A stretch of 59,628 bases of DNA, filler included, from Sphacelaria rigidula (GCA_964200075.2; 6 parts of 6 records of this genome joined end to end with filler, not necessarily neighbours in it); one strand, 5' to 3'; counted from the whole stretch's first letter, positions 39,325 through 51,509 are shown. Made by a program: numbers and translations. Notes: generated by a model from the letters alone, not told the origin.

Positions 39325-39429
39325 GTCGAGGCGTTACGGCGTTACAACTCGGCGATGCACGGTCGCACCGGAGTGCTGAACGGGGGGGGGACAGACTTCG
39401 GCGCCCCAGTGAGGAAGGCCGCGGAAGAG
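39325..39429 (+). CDS. ENTH domain protein, exon C
   Basis: aag|VEALRRYNSAMHGRTGVLNGGGTDFGAPVRKAAEE|gtgtgt, cf. epsin GKDQGVNVREKAK; phase 0/0. Confidence 0.8.
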
Positions 39430-39722
39430 GTGTGTGGGGAGAGAGCAGTTTCTCTAGCGCAGTTATGAAGGTCCTCATCATGGTCTTGATTACTTTGAGA
39501 GTGTTCATGGATGGTCGAAGTTTGTTTCAGGTGGTGGTGATGTCATTCAATCGCAGGTCTACTTGTGCATGACTTGAGGAAACGGTTCGTAATCAAACGT
39601 CCCGACAAGGATCATATACAAGAACGGTCAAATGACGATGTGTATGTATGTATGTGTGGGAAATATCCCTTTGCAGTGACATATCAGAGACTGACGTTAC
39701 ACATGTATACAGACCCAGTGCA

Positions 39723-39822
39723 NNNNNNNNNNNNNNNNNNNNNNNNNNNNNNNNNNNNNNNNNNNNTTAATTAATTAANNNNNNNNNNNNNNNNNNNNNN
39801 NNNNNNNNNNNNNNNNNNNNNN
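39723..39822. other. Artificial contig linker
   Basis: N44-ttaattaattaa-N44. Confidence 0.98.
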
Positions 39823-39981
39823 GCGCTTAGAAGGTAAAAGAGCACGCACCGTGAATACAAGAGCGACTAGGGTTGAGTGCCTCCCCCCCCCCCCCTCAAT
39901 GCTATGCGTATACGGATAGGTGAGCGGTTTGGCCCGGCCTAAAAGTAATATGATCCTTTTGAATTTAATTTCCTCTCTCAG

Positions 39982-40212
39982 GGGCAGATGTGAAGAACCC
40001 ACGTGCTCGAAGCAAGCCTCATTCGCGGAGGAAGGTAACCGCCACATTCGTTTCTGCAAGGACCACAAGAATCTAGGAATGGTGAACATCCGAAGCAACC
40101 GATGCCTCGCACCCGGCTGCCAACGGGGGGCCTCGTTTTCCCAACTGGGTAGTAGACGCGGTATCTTCTGCGGATTGCACAGAACGGATGGAATGATCAG
40201 TACGCGCAGAAG
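39982..40212 (+). CDS. EsV-1-7 cysteine-rich repeat protein, exon A (2 repeats)
   Basis: CEEPTCSKQASF...RFCKDHKNLGMVNIRSNR CLAPGCQRGASF...FCGLHRTDGMI fits the C-x4-C...FC-x2-H-x3-GM pattern; cag| and |gtgaga, phase 2/2. Confidence 0.85.
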
Positions 40213-40395
40213 GTGAGAAAGGGGGTAGCTAATACAGTGTGAACAAACATCACCTCGTCGCGGCCAAATACTACGATCATCGGTCAACTATAGTCGTACA
40301 AGGTAACTCTAGGCTCTTTGTCTTCAGCTCACCTACCCCACGTGGAGATGTACCGTTAGCTTGTTGAGATGATTCTGCGGGTCTTTCTACGGTAG

Positions 40396-40605
40396 CACCC
40401 CCGCCCCCCAAACCAGCCGAAAACTGTCACAAAGAAAATGGCCATCCAGCGCCTCATCTTTGGGTTCGGGCTGCATGAAGCGCCTCACATGGACGACATT
40501 GGCGAAAACGAACCCAAGCGTGGGAATTCCCGACTGCTCGTTGTGCTCGACTTTTTCACTTCGGCTTACGCGTAGATTTTGCCTCCCCGAATCAGCCACT
40601 CTTGG
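40396..40605. repeat. Dispersed repeat, second copy ~46305-46530
   Basis: Shared cccccaaaccagcc.aaaactgtcac.aagaaaatgg...gcgtagattttgcctcccc. Confidence 0.8.
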
Positions 40606-40965
40606 AGGGGAGGGAATGTCGTCGAAAGTGTCCTGCGCAGTTGCCGCGGTGAGCGAGGAGCTTCGTCGCCCAGACTGTTTACTTCGTTTCCCGCTTCCTC
40701 ACCCTCCGAGCGTGATCAAAAGTCCCCCGACTTTTAATTTCTACCCCTCCGTGAGTAACTACTAGATGTTCGTAGTCCCACACGCGCTGTCGATCAAGTA
40801 CATTGATTAAGTTCCAGACGGTAAGTGAAGATTGTCCCGTTTTTTTGTCCGACGGCGTCAGTATACCTACTGGTATACTTCTTGCGCAACGGCAACGCGC
40901 TTGCAGGCCTCGATATTGCACCAAGGGATGCCAACTAAGTTTCGTTCAGCAGGTGAGCGTTGTAA

Positions 40966-41403
40966 CACCGGATGCACAAATTGGGGGTGGATTTTTTATT
41001 GAGGATGAGAACCCGGAGAACTAAAATCTTCGTATCCACATCAAATCTTAAATACGGTTCCACTCCTTCACCTACTGGTAGCTATTATTGACGACTACTA
41101 CACGCCATACAAATTGGATCCTGATGGACGACATGTTGGAGTCCTAGGTGAAGAAAAAATTATGGGAAATTTAGATAACCCGATCAGATTGCCGGAATTC
41201 CCCAAAAACATTTTTTCACTTAGGACCCCAACATTCCGGCTATCGAAATCCAAATTTGTATGGCGTGTAGTAGTTGTCAATAGCTACCAGCAAGTAAAGA
41301 AATGAAACCACATTTCGAAGATTTGGTCTAGATACGAATATTTCAATTCTCCGGGTTTCTCATCCTCAATCAAGAATCCTTCCTTAATTTGTACAATCCC
41401 GTG
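40966..41403. mobile_element. Foldback element, ~200-bp inverted arms, intronic
   Basis: Nested inverted matches, e.g. attgaggatgagaacccggagaa / ttctccgggtttctcatcctcaat and ctacacgccatacaaatt / aatttgtatggcgtgtag. Confidence 0.85.
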
Positions 41404-42056
41404 CTTTGTCCTCTGTTTTCATGAGCATACGTCAGATTGTCAACTGATTCGATTCTTGCACGCACGGAACCGTTACTTGCAGGCCTCGGTGCAGCTCCAA
41501 GGGATGCGAACAAGTTCCGGTGTACGCTCTTTCAGCTCAGCAACGCCCTCGAGTCTGCGCTGAGCACAAGGAGGAGGGAATGCTTCTCGTACGCCGATCA
41601 AGGTACGATCATCCAAATTATCGCTCGGTGTTAATTTCTGAACATATCGCACACACAATACTGTAGGGACTCTTAGGATGTTCAATTGGCGGACAGCCAC
41701 GGCAAACTAGCTGAAGGCTTGTTGTTTAAACACCCACAGTTACCCGACGTCGCTGCGAGCAAGATTCTAGTTGGAAAGTGGAGTGATGGATATCGTTGTT
41801 CCTGTTCACAAACCATTGTCCTATACACCGACTGGACGTTGAAGATGGCGTTTCATCTCGGACCTCAGAGAATAGGGAGTGTGTATATTTGCGGCGATTG
41901 ACAAGGTGCGACTCGACTAATGTGCCACTTGACGAGATACTCTCTAAAATGCGCGCAAAATGTGCTGCGGGCGAACCGTGGCGATCTACATACGCACATT
42001 AGCCCCACATGCATCGCCCAAAGCAGTCTCTCCTACCGTTCCTTATCCACTATCAG

Positions 42057-42680
42057 GGCATTGTGTGAATTCCCCAACTGCTTCAGAAAGCCGACCCCTA
42101 CTGTGGTGGGCGAGATGTATCCCCGTTTCTGCGACTCCCATAAGGACGCCGTTGACGAGGCGCTCCCACAGGTGGAATCTCCTCGGGCCACCAACGTCTC
42201 CCCAAAACCACCGACACTGCCCACGTTTGCGGTGTGCCCGGGTCCCGAAAACGACGTGAGAGCATCATCAAATGGCGGAGCTACGAACTCTACAGCTTTC
42301 AGATACTGCAGGGCGGGCGATAATGGTGCTGAGGGCACTGCGAGCAAACCTTATCGCCATTCTCGACACGTGTATGTCGACACAGACCTTGCTTCGTCGA
42401 AATCCCACTACACTCCTCCTGCGTCCGCAGTTATCTTTGGTGGCAGTCATCATCACGCGCGGCGTGTTTTCTCTCGTGTTGTCGAGGAAGATACCGCGCA
42501 CACGGTGGAGGTTGGTGGAGCTGGTGCGAATGGCAGTGCTGTAAACCCCCGTGCCACCCGAGCAGCATCCGCTGAGAGAGAATTCAATCAAAGTATATCT
42601 GCAGGGAAGAAGCGCAGCAGCGACAGAGTCGTTCCCTTTCCCACATATGCGACAACGGGCACGGGAGATGTGCATCTCAG
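42057..42680 (+). CDS. EsV-1-7 repeat protein, exon B (1 repeat plus low-complexity region)
   Basis: cag|G ALCEFPNCFRKP...PRFCDSHKD; donor AG|gtgggc; phase 2/2. Confidence 0.75.
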
Positions 42681-42857
42681 GTGGGCGACTGGTCTCGTCG
42701 GGTGAAGTTTATTAGGTATCGTTGTTGCATGGCACCCTTCAGCCCTGCCCTCCCCCCCCCCACTTCCCCACCCCCCCTCGTGCATGTATCATAACACGCG
42801 TTTTTGCCTCCGGCTGTGTGCTGTGTGCTGTAGTGCCGCAGATTATTCACAATATTT

Positions 42858-43431
42858 CAACGAGAAGTCGGGTAGGGTGTAGTACCCCACACCCGGGTAT
42901 TTTGAAAAGCCGCACTTCTAGTACCCGAAACACTGGGTATGGCACGGAGATCGTACACGAATTGCCCGATATTTGTGTAAAGTATCAAATCATGCCCAAG
43001 TCTACCCAAATTTCGGGTAGAGTATTGAGATTATACCCAATTCTAACTCAAAGTTGGATAGAGTATTGAGGTCGTACCCAAGTGATACTCCTATACCCGG
43101 GTATTGCTGAGATCACCTCCACAACTTTTCGGTAGAGGATTGAGATGATGCCATACTTACCCAAGTTTTGGGTAGAATATTGAGATCATACCCAACTCTA
43201 CCCACTATTTGAGTATCGAGGTCGTACTCAAGTGATCGTCCATATTCGGGAATTGCGGAGATTCCTTACTCATTTTTTGTACAGAGGAGTGAGATCATAT
43301 TCATCTCTACCCAACGCTTGCGTCGAGTGTTGAGATCGTGCCCAATTTACCCGCAAGTTGGGTAGAGCAGTAAATGACCGAGTGTTATACCCCGATACTC
43401 AAGAGTACGTACTCCACCCTACCTGCCCGTG
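42858..43431. mobile_element. Older relative of the 1383-2530 array element
   Basis: Ends caacgagaagtcgggtagggt / ccctacctgcccgtg; degenerate TSD caatattt / caacgttt; repeats tacccaa.tttgggtagagtattgagatc. Confidence 0.6.
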
Positions 43432-43632
43432 CAACGTTTCATGCATGAGTCTTCCTCGATAGTTATCTTGTGTTTTCGATTCGTGTGTACAAAGCCAGTA
43501 GCCACGTTTTGAATTTAATCTCCATACAAGATGGCCCCCCGCCCCCATGTTGATCAAACCGGTACGTTATCGGTCTATTCTCGTGGAGTAGTTCTGTTTC
43601 GGTCGAGTACTGAGTGGTTCTATGGTAGGGGT

Positions 43633-43992
43633 ATGTGTTGTGTTGTGATCCCGTCTATTCTGGACGCCAGCTACACCTTTTTGGTGTGTGTGGGCGCATC
43701 AGTTGGGGTCACACAGGAGGAAGGCCAACACAAGAGTTTTTATTCATTTTGTAGTACCCCACCTTCCTTCTCGGGTGCTTGCCTCATTTTTCATCGCGAA
43801 AGAAGGTCAGCGGTCCCTTTCCCTCGTCGACCGTGTAGTCAAAGTTTTTGCACCCACGACATGATCTCTTCCAACTGTTGGGCGTGGTATGAGAAAAAAA
43901 TTCCCAGACCATTAGACTGCACCGAGATTCGAACCCACGACCCAACCGTCATAAGGTTTAGAGGTTACCAACAGAGCCTCCGGGGCGACCGG
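43633..43992 (-). mobile_element. Near full-length tRNA-derived SINE
   Basis: rc head ccggtcgccccggaggctctgttggtaacc...gggttcgaatctcgg (A/B boxes); tail (caaca)n; multiple copies in the window. Confidence 0.8.
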
Positions 43993-44766
43993 CGGTGCAC
44001 ATTTTTTCATTAGGCTCTTCACTTCAGGAGTCTCTCGATGACAAACATCTGAGCCTGGGTGTGCAGCCTCAGAAAACGTTGTGGCTTAAAAAGTGCACCC
44101 TTGCCATAGTACCGTAAGTGTCCCTCTACTGCTGTTCTCTATTTCCGGAGCCGGTATTATATACTTGCCAAGCGTTTTTGTTTAGTTTGATCTTTCACCT
44201 GCTTTGTCTACTTCTTCCGTTTTGAACTGCCCCTCTCTTCGACGCTCCTTTCGATAAATTTCCCGACTGTTTTTCTTGGGTACGTAGATCTCATGACCGT
44301 GGCTGGGTTCGCTGCAGATCCGCTAATGTGTGATAATCAGCTACTTGATCCGTTTGTCACTCAAGCGGGTACGCATCACGACGACAATTTTTCATGTCAT
44401 TAGCTCCGGGCGTTGAAGACGCAAGGACCGAGTAGCAGCGGAAATTCGACGAAAACCCACGGACTACGAGAATGCGCCCCTCATGCTGAATAACAAATTG
44501 CGAGGCAGTTACCAAGGGGAAAGAGTGGTTGATCCTTTGATACAACAGACTTGTCCCCAGAAGCGCAGGAGGGGTGGAGTATGACGAAAGCAGAGGGGGA
44601 AATATATATATTAAATGTCGGTCGCTGCGTATTTCTCTACCCAGAGGAAGAAACAGAGGTCTGACCGGGGTTCGGAGAACCACCTCATTATTGCTCACAA
44701 ATAGCTGCCAATACTCCCTGTGTTCCCCGCCGACACCACCCCTCCTCGTACGTCTCCCACGAACAG

Positions 44767-45307
44767 TTCACACTTGCCGAACGCCTACACAATGGGCAGC
44801 GCTCAATCATCTCATGTGCCCGACAAGCGAGAAGATCCGCAGCAGCAGACGACCAGCACGTCGCCCGAGACTCGCCGACCAAGGCCAGTCGTTTTCGTGC
44901 GTCGATCAGCAGAGTGCGGCGACGACCCTCGCTGGCGCGTGATGGAGAATTTTCGCTCTAAGCTACGGGCGCCGTCAGTAGATAGCGCACACGAATCACC
45001 CAGTGCGACAGTAGGGCGGCTTCGCGAGAGCCGCGCACTCGGGGACACAGACGCACACAATCCCAACAAAAGGCAGCGCGTCTCGGACCCACCGAGGATC
45101 GATGCTACCGAAGTTGATTCCCCAGTCGTAACAACATTTGCGAATTCGAAGCGCCTTCACGACTGCTACCCCCCGGGGTACACCAGAACCCCGTTCTTTT
45201 TTGCCTTGGTGAAGGCGTTGGTGGGGAAAAAAGGGCGTGGCGTCAGCAGCACCGACCGCACCATCAACACCGACGACAGCAGCAGCAGCATCAGACATTA
45301 TCATTAA
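44767..45307 (+). CDS. EsV-1-7 repeat protein, candidate exon C (3' end uncertain)
   Basis: aacag|T phase-2 acceptor opens the 195-aa ORF frame. Confidence 0.5.
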
Positions 45308-47340
45308 CGTGCTAGCAAGCTTCACAGCTTCGAGTGTGAAACGCGATGTTGGGGGAAATTGTAACTTTTCTCATGTACCGTGGGTACAGGGACAAGCGAG
45401 GAGGGTCCGGCGTTGTAACTGTGTCGTTTATTTGAATGTAGTTTTGATAATGTGAAGTGGCGATTTCAGGCCCGAAGTTGGACAATGTTTGCTCTGCGGA
45501 TGTTTCGTTGTTTGGTGTGACTAGTTACAAGTATGTGTATGAAACAGATAACTACCATTATTTCGAGGTGTGAGTCATGTATTTATCGAGATACCCAGCG
45601 AGCGTGGAACTGTCGTGAAATAACGAAGCTCTCCCGTCGCTATGTACATGCCGTTGCTCCAGCATTGAAGGACGATGCGCTGTTTGTTTCCACCTGCTGT
45701 CATCGAGGTTATGTGTAGCGGCATCTGCAGTATGTAGCGCGGGCCTTGGTCCGAAGTTAGTTGTCGTTGTAAACGTTCGTCCAATACAAATGTGGTGCAT
45801 CATTGCTTGACTAAGAAAATCAACGTTGTGAGTTTTGAGTGGTGTAAGGAGCGACCGACCTGTTGATAAAAATGCCTGTTTCACATAAATAGCGTCAATA
45901 TGTATCAATGGTAGTAGTGTGCCGTCCTTCCCTACCTAGTTCAAGAAGCGTCGGGGGGAGGGGGGGGGTTAACTTCTCTGTTTTGTTGTGTACACCAGCA
46001 CGTTCGACAGAAAAGAGAAAAATCTGCGTGCTTAAGGTGTCATATTCCAGAAAACGCCATGTTCAACACAAAATATTCGGCAATGTTTGTCTGGAAAATG
46101 TTTGTTCAAAACTGGAAATTTTATATTAATGACACCATTTTGTCAATCGTTCAAAACCGACAACGAAAGTATCTGACAACGTTCGAAAAATCGTTCTGAA
46201 TGAACAAATATCGAATTTCGTCGGGGGAGGCTGTTCCGAATCAACAGATGTTGTATGTATTTTCTCGTACCAGAGCATCCCGAAATTACTTATGCTGCGA
46301 TAGACCTCCCCCCCAAACCAGCCCAAAACTGTCACGAAGAAAATGGTCATACAGCACATGATGTTCGGTTTCAGGCTGCATGAATAAAGCACGTCATATG
46401 GGCGACATTGATTGGCGAAAGCGATCCCAAGCGTGGGGATTCCCAGCTGCTCGTTGTGCTCGGCTTTTTTCATTTCGATTTGCGTGTAGATTTTGCCTCC
46501 CCAAACCAGCCACGTATTTTTAGGGGGGGGGGTGTCCTAGCATTATTAGTCAAATGTACACAGGTTCGCAATTCCTATATTAGAATAGAGAGGTGCGGGC
46601 TGTTGAAGGTTGTGGCAGCTTCGGTCGACTTAGTGTGAGTGTTGTACTATAATATCTTTTGGGGTAGACAACGACGATGGGTCCAATCTAACTGATCCCA
46701 TCAAATTCCACTCGACTGATATAATAATACAGTGTCGCTTGAAAAAGTAGGGATGTGAGGTTGCCTTTACGTACTGTCTCCGCTCTTGTGGACATTGTAC
46801 GTTTTTCGCAGCGACTATAAGCCAGATTAACATACATGGCGTCTGTTCAGGCGTAGTTACAACGACATGGGCGAAACATCCGTTGCTCAGTGCGTCCGGT
46901 TGGCCCCTATGCCGAACCGACCCACCGGATGAAACATACGTTAGTAGAACGCTCACCTTAAAAACCGAGTTGTCGGTTGAGAAGGTCTGAAGAAATCGGG
47001 CTCGTTCATTGACCCTGGTGATGACCAGACTAAAACGTATCTATATCTCACTCCGGTATTGAGAGTTGTGCTTTGGAATTTGGTATATGAGTACCACAAG
47101 GACAAAACAAAGAAAAACATTTGGCACGTCAAAATTATTGGTCTTTATCATGGGTTCAGGACGGAAAAAAAAAAACTTTTTTTACATGAACGTTCTTAAC
47201 TTACTCTGCACCAAAAATGCAATATCCCTGCTTTGCCCTGGCGACACTCCATGCCAAGTTCAAAGCACAATTATTATAACGGATTCTTTTCGAAAATTCG
47301 AAAATTAGATTGAACATTAACATTAGTTCTAACTCCAAAG

Positions 47341-47655
47341 CAGTGCTTTCCCTGACCTAAGGTCATGATATATGGCTTTCACATGAGCGACCTCGTGCCC
47401 TCCGACCTCCCTGAAACTGCTGTTGGGGGTGTCCTCCCGTCTTCCGTTCCCCCAAAGGGCATGTGCGAAAGCACCATTTTCGGGTTCAAATCGTCCTCTG
47501 TTTCATCCCGAAATCGAGGCAAAAAAATGTTCACGCACATATCCTTTGTGGGAACGGAAGACGGGAAACTCACAAAATAGTTTCAGGGAGGTCGGGGGGC
47601 ATAATGCCGTCCATATGAAGTCATTTCTCATGGCCTTGGGTCAGAGAAAGCACTG
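47341..47655. repeat. Foldback/palindromic element
   Basis: cagtgctttccctgacctaagg / ccttgggtcagagaaagcactg; ccgacctccctgaaact / agtttcagggaggtcgg; cccgtcttccgttccc / gggaacggaagacggg. Confidence 0.85.
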
Positions 47656-49627
47656 TCTTGGCTTTGGACCTCGTTTGGATGTCCAACCTCATTCTCGCAG
47701 ATAATCTCGCAACTTTCAAAACCGCAGTAACAAATGAAGTTTTTCAGCACATTCAGTAGAGCCTCTCCTCGAAGTAACGTCTACAATCTATGGCGTATTA
47801 TGCGCGGGATATCTCTCGATAGATGGAGAAATACTAGGTGAAGGTGAGGACATCGATCGTTGGGCACTTCACCGTATAGACGGTATATGTACACGGCATC
47901 GCAGCGACCACCCTGGCAAGGGCGTGCTTTCTAGATTTGCAAGGGGCGACAGCAACTATGGGGTGACGTCTGATTTCTCCGGTTACGTGATACAACAAAA
48001 CCGCAGATCCGTTTTCGATAAAGAAGAAAAGCGTACGTTCGCTGCCCCCACAGTAAGGGGTCGTTTTTTCTCAGAATTTTCCAGGAATAGACACGTTTCA
48101 CACGTGACACATTTGAAAAAAACGGGGGAAACGTAACTTTGGGCCATTTCACGCTATGTAACGTTTGATTTTTCGGACGGGAGAAATGCCACGTAACGTG
48201 ATGTAACGTGTGGACCTTGAAGCGGTGTCTCTGGGTATTTTCCAGATGTTAGAAAAGGCTATTTTCGTGAATTATGAACGTGACACGTGACACGTGACAC
48301 GCTAAAAATTCACAAAAATAAGAAGAGTTTCCGTCACATTTGGAAAGTGAAACGCTATGTTAGATTTTATTCGAAGGACCACACATTACATCACGTTGCG
48401 TTACATTTGTCCCATGCAAAAAATCAAACCTTATGTAGCGTTAGATGACCTGAAGTCACGTTTTTTCGAATGTATCTCGTTAAAACGTCACGTGTATAAC
48501 GTGTATACCCCTGGAATTTTCCGACTTTTTCGGGGAAGAAAAAAAAAATCACCGCGAAAATGTGACGGCAGATTTCTCGAGCAAGTCAAGGAATAAAACA
48601 AAGACCGACTACGCATCTCTCGGAGTTTCAGCGTTGAACTTTTCCTCAACTTTATTTTTTCACAACGGAAAATTTTCCGACAAAATATAAACAAAAGTCT
48701 CAGAAAAGAAAGGTCCCGTTAAAAACGACCCTAACAAACACAAGACCAAATGAACCAACCGTAACGGCTGCATCAATTTCCTGGAACAGGCGTGCAATGT
48801 CAGCCGCACAGAATAGTTCGGCAGCGGTTGTGAACACGTGACAAAGACTGAGAGGCTTCGAGACGCTGGTCTCTAGCCTCTTACTTACCCTTCATAGGTA
48901 TGGGGAACGACTGGGGATTGTAGTCACTGTGGCCGATGAAAGTTGGGTGGTACCTTTTACCCGCTCGACCGCGAGGAGGGTAGGTCACCTGCTGAATCGG
49001 CATCAATTTCACTTGAAAATGTGTGTGTGTGATCCAGATGGACTACCCGCATCGCGGTGCAGCCATTTTAGGGCGACTTGGGTGAAGTAGCGCCCATGAC
49101 TGTTGGCCCTATCTGCCACCACAACACTGGACGCAAATTGGCGGTGCAGATAGATGCGCCGAGCTCGATTGAGGAAGCATTGCAGATCATTGGGGTATTT
49201 GTCTGGTCTTGTTCTTGTCGTGGAAGTGTGATGTGCAATGTATTGCCGAAACTAATGAATATAACTCGGCCTTAGCTCCCCGGAGGTATGCGAAGAATTG
49301 AAGAATCATTAGCACGAATTGTTATTCTTTGTTTACTTTTTCACTTTTTTACTCTTCTTTTATTTATACATGGGATTTAGTAACCCCCCCCCCCCCCCTC
49401 CCCGAAAACACCGAGGATTGAAAAAATCGGCATAGGGCCTGGGATTTTGTTTTTAGCACTCCTGTTCATACTAGAAAATGTATGGGTGTGTATCACAAAA
49501 AATGATGACGGATATCCCAGCGAGTGCACTACCCATGTTTATGCGCCATTACTCTTGACTCGCACCCCTACCTGATGCGCACCGTCTCTTTCCCCCCGCT
49601 GTCGCTGGCACCTTCTCCACGAAGCAG

Positions 49628-49675
49628 ACGAACCTCCCCGACGGAGACACGATCGAGCTCGACAAGGCCTTGGAG
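49628..49675 (+). CDS. Candidate exon cut by contig end (TNLPDGDTIELDKALE)
   Basis: Pyrimidine-rich tract, gcag| acceptor, GC3-rich codons. Confidence 0.4.
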
Positions 49676-49775
49676 NNNNNNNNNNNNNNNNNNNNNNNNN
49701 NNNNNNNNNNNNNNNNNNNTTAATTAATTAANNNNNNNNNNNNNNNNNNNNNNNNNNNNNNNNNNNNNNNNNNNN
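49676..49775. other. Artificial contig linker
   Basis: N44-ttaattaattaa-N44. Confidence 0.98.
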
Positions 49776-49782
49776 TCACTAC

Positions 49783-49879
49783 CATCAGTTCTCCGCTTTG
49801 AGAGGAAACTGCGAGTTCTGCTTTTGTTGGCCAAATAAGCGCCCAAGCAACCATTCGTCTCACTGATTTTACTCTGAAG
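49783..49879 (-). CDS. Candidate exon (LQSKISETNGCLGAYLANKSRTRSFLSKRRTD)
   Basis: cttccgcag| phase-0 acceptor, compatible with 51919-52061; donor weak. Confidence 0.25.
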
Positions 49880-50204
49880 CTGCGGAAGCAAGTGGTCTAA
49901 TCAACCACGGTGCAACCTCTGCATACTACTGTTCGCTGAACAGTAGTTGGCCTGTCGTAAGGACAGTGCCACGACCACGAATTATTCCAACAGGGAAGGC
50001 GCGGTTTCGGGCTTGAACCTCAATTTAGTGTACAACCTCATTTTATAGGTGTCTGTTCTAGGGTGCACATGTATGTCGATGGTACACCCGAGTGTACACA
50101 TCATGTTTGTGGTTCGTTGACGTAGAGTGCACCACTTAGGGGGGGGTGAAGTTGTCCCGACTTGGTTCCAATGCGGACACTGATATCTGGAAGTCTAATG
50201 AGCA

Positions 50205-50928
50205 CCGGATGCCCCGGTGGCCCAGTTGGTAACCTCGAACCTTTCTGACGGTTGGGTCGTGGGTCGAATCTCGGAGAAATCTGGGATTTTCCCCCACACA
50301 TTTCACAGCTCCGCTCCGGCTTTGTAGGGATGCGAGGTCAATGGTCTAGTGACTATGGCGTGCATGATCATGAGTACGCACAATGCCCAAGAGTGGAGAG
50401 GGACTACTATGTCGTCGGTACGCAGAGTTCGACTTGATGGTCAACGAGGGAAAGGGACTCCTGAACCCCTCTTGCGTTAAAAAAAAGGCACCGCAGAATG
50501 AAGGTGGAGAACTCAAACAAGGAAAAAGCAAAAAACTCCCGTGTTGGCCTTCCTTCTGTGTGACCCCGGCTCGTGCACACGCATAAAACAACGTTTTCGA
50601 GAGATTTGAGAGTAGAGCGCTGATTGAGAGTGGCCTAGGTAATTCGCTCTCGTCCAGCAAATTTTTCGTTCCGTTTGTGCTTCTATTTGCCTTCATCACT
50701 AGCGTGTGCTCACAGCTACACGTCGATATTCTACTCGGGGCTATCGAGGGCCTCAGTGGCAAGCTTCTACAGAAAGCATATCAGGGGAGGGGCATTTCGG
50801 AACTGAAACGACTCATTCCCTAATTGAACGCTGTTCATTCTCAACGGCATCCTCTACTCTCAATCTCTCGAAAACGTTGTTATATACCGATAGGTGTAGA
50901 CCGGCGTCCAGAAAAAATGGGACAGCAC
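50205..50928 (+). mobile_element. tRNA-derived SINE interrupted by a MITE
   Basis: Head ccggatgccccggtggcccagttggtaacc; body resumes taccgataggtgtagaccggcgtccaga after the insert. Confidence 0.8.
50586..50882. mobile_element. 297-bp Tc1/mariner-type MITE
   Basis: ~30-bp TIR aacaacgttttcgagagatt(t)gagagtagag, flanked by TA on both sides; uninterrupted site visible at ~34410-34430. Confidence 0.8.
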
Positions 50929-51509
50929 ATGGTGGGCGCTACGCTCCTAGCTCGCGCGTTAAGCACTGTTGTCTGAATGAGGTCATGCAACACACAATTT
51001 GCCTCGCCACCACCCTGCACCGATTGACAGAGCACCAGAACCCGTCGGCAGAGTAGAACCACCTTCATAGGCCGTTTGTGAAGACCCGGCGGTCCAACCA
51101 ACGCCATTTTTTAATCTACCCGCACACGAGCCAGGAGCTAGCGCATGCCACGGCACGCACACCTCCAACGCCACAGCTCACACGCGAACATACACGGACG
51201 AATCAACGTTTACGGCAAAAGCCAAGAGATGATGCAGCGAAAAGACGAAGCCCCTCGCTCCCGCTTGACACACGCACACAAGAAAAATATCGACCCAGAT
51301 ATCTCCTTTGGAGGAAAACAATAGAAAAAAGAAGGATTCTTGATATCATGTCCACCCACTACAAGGTCAGAGCGTGTTCGCTGTTTTTTTGGTTGTGTGC
51401 TTCATACCCGAATACACCCACCGGGTTATAGCTTTTTTCAGGGCACGTCTGGTGCTCAGCGGGAAAGTCGGAAAATGATCTATTCCTGCTGGTTTTAAGA
51501 GAGAGCGTG

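Noticed and set aside
39982..42680. Integrated phaeovirus segment
   Set aside because: The EsV-1-7 repeats are in spliced exons amid host TEs; no dense intronless viral genes or NCLDV core genes were seen.
43915..43992. Functional tRNA gene (also 29868-29937 and 50205-50275)
   Set aside because: Copies are mutually diverged and the complete ones are attached to a common SINE body; I could not fold a convincing cloverleaf.
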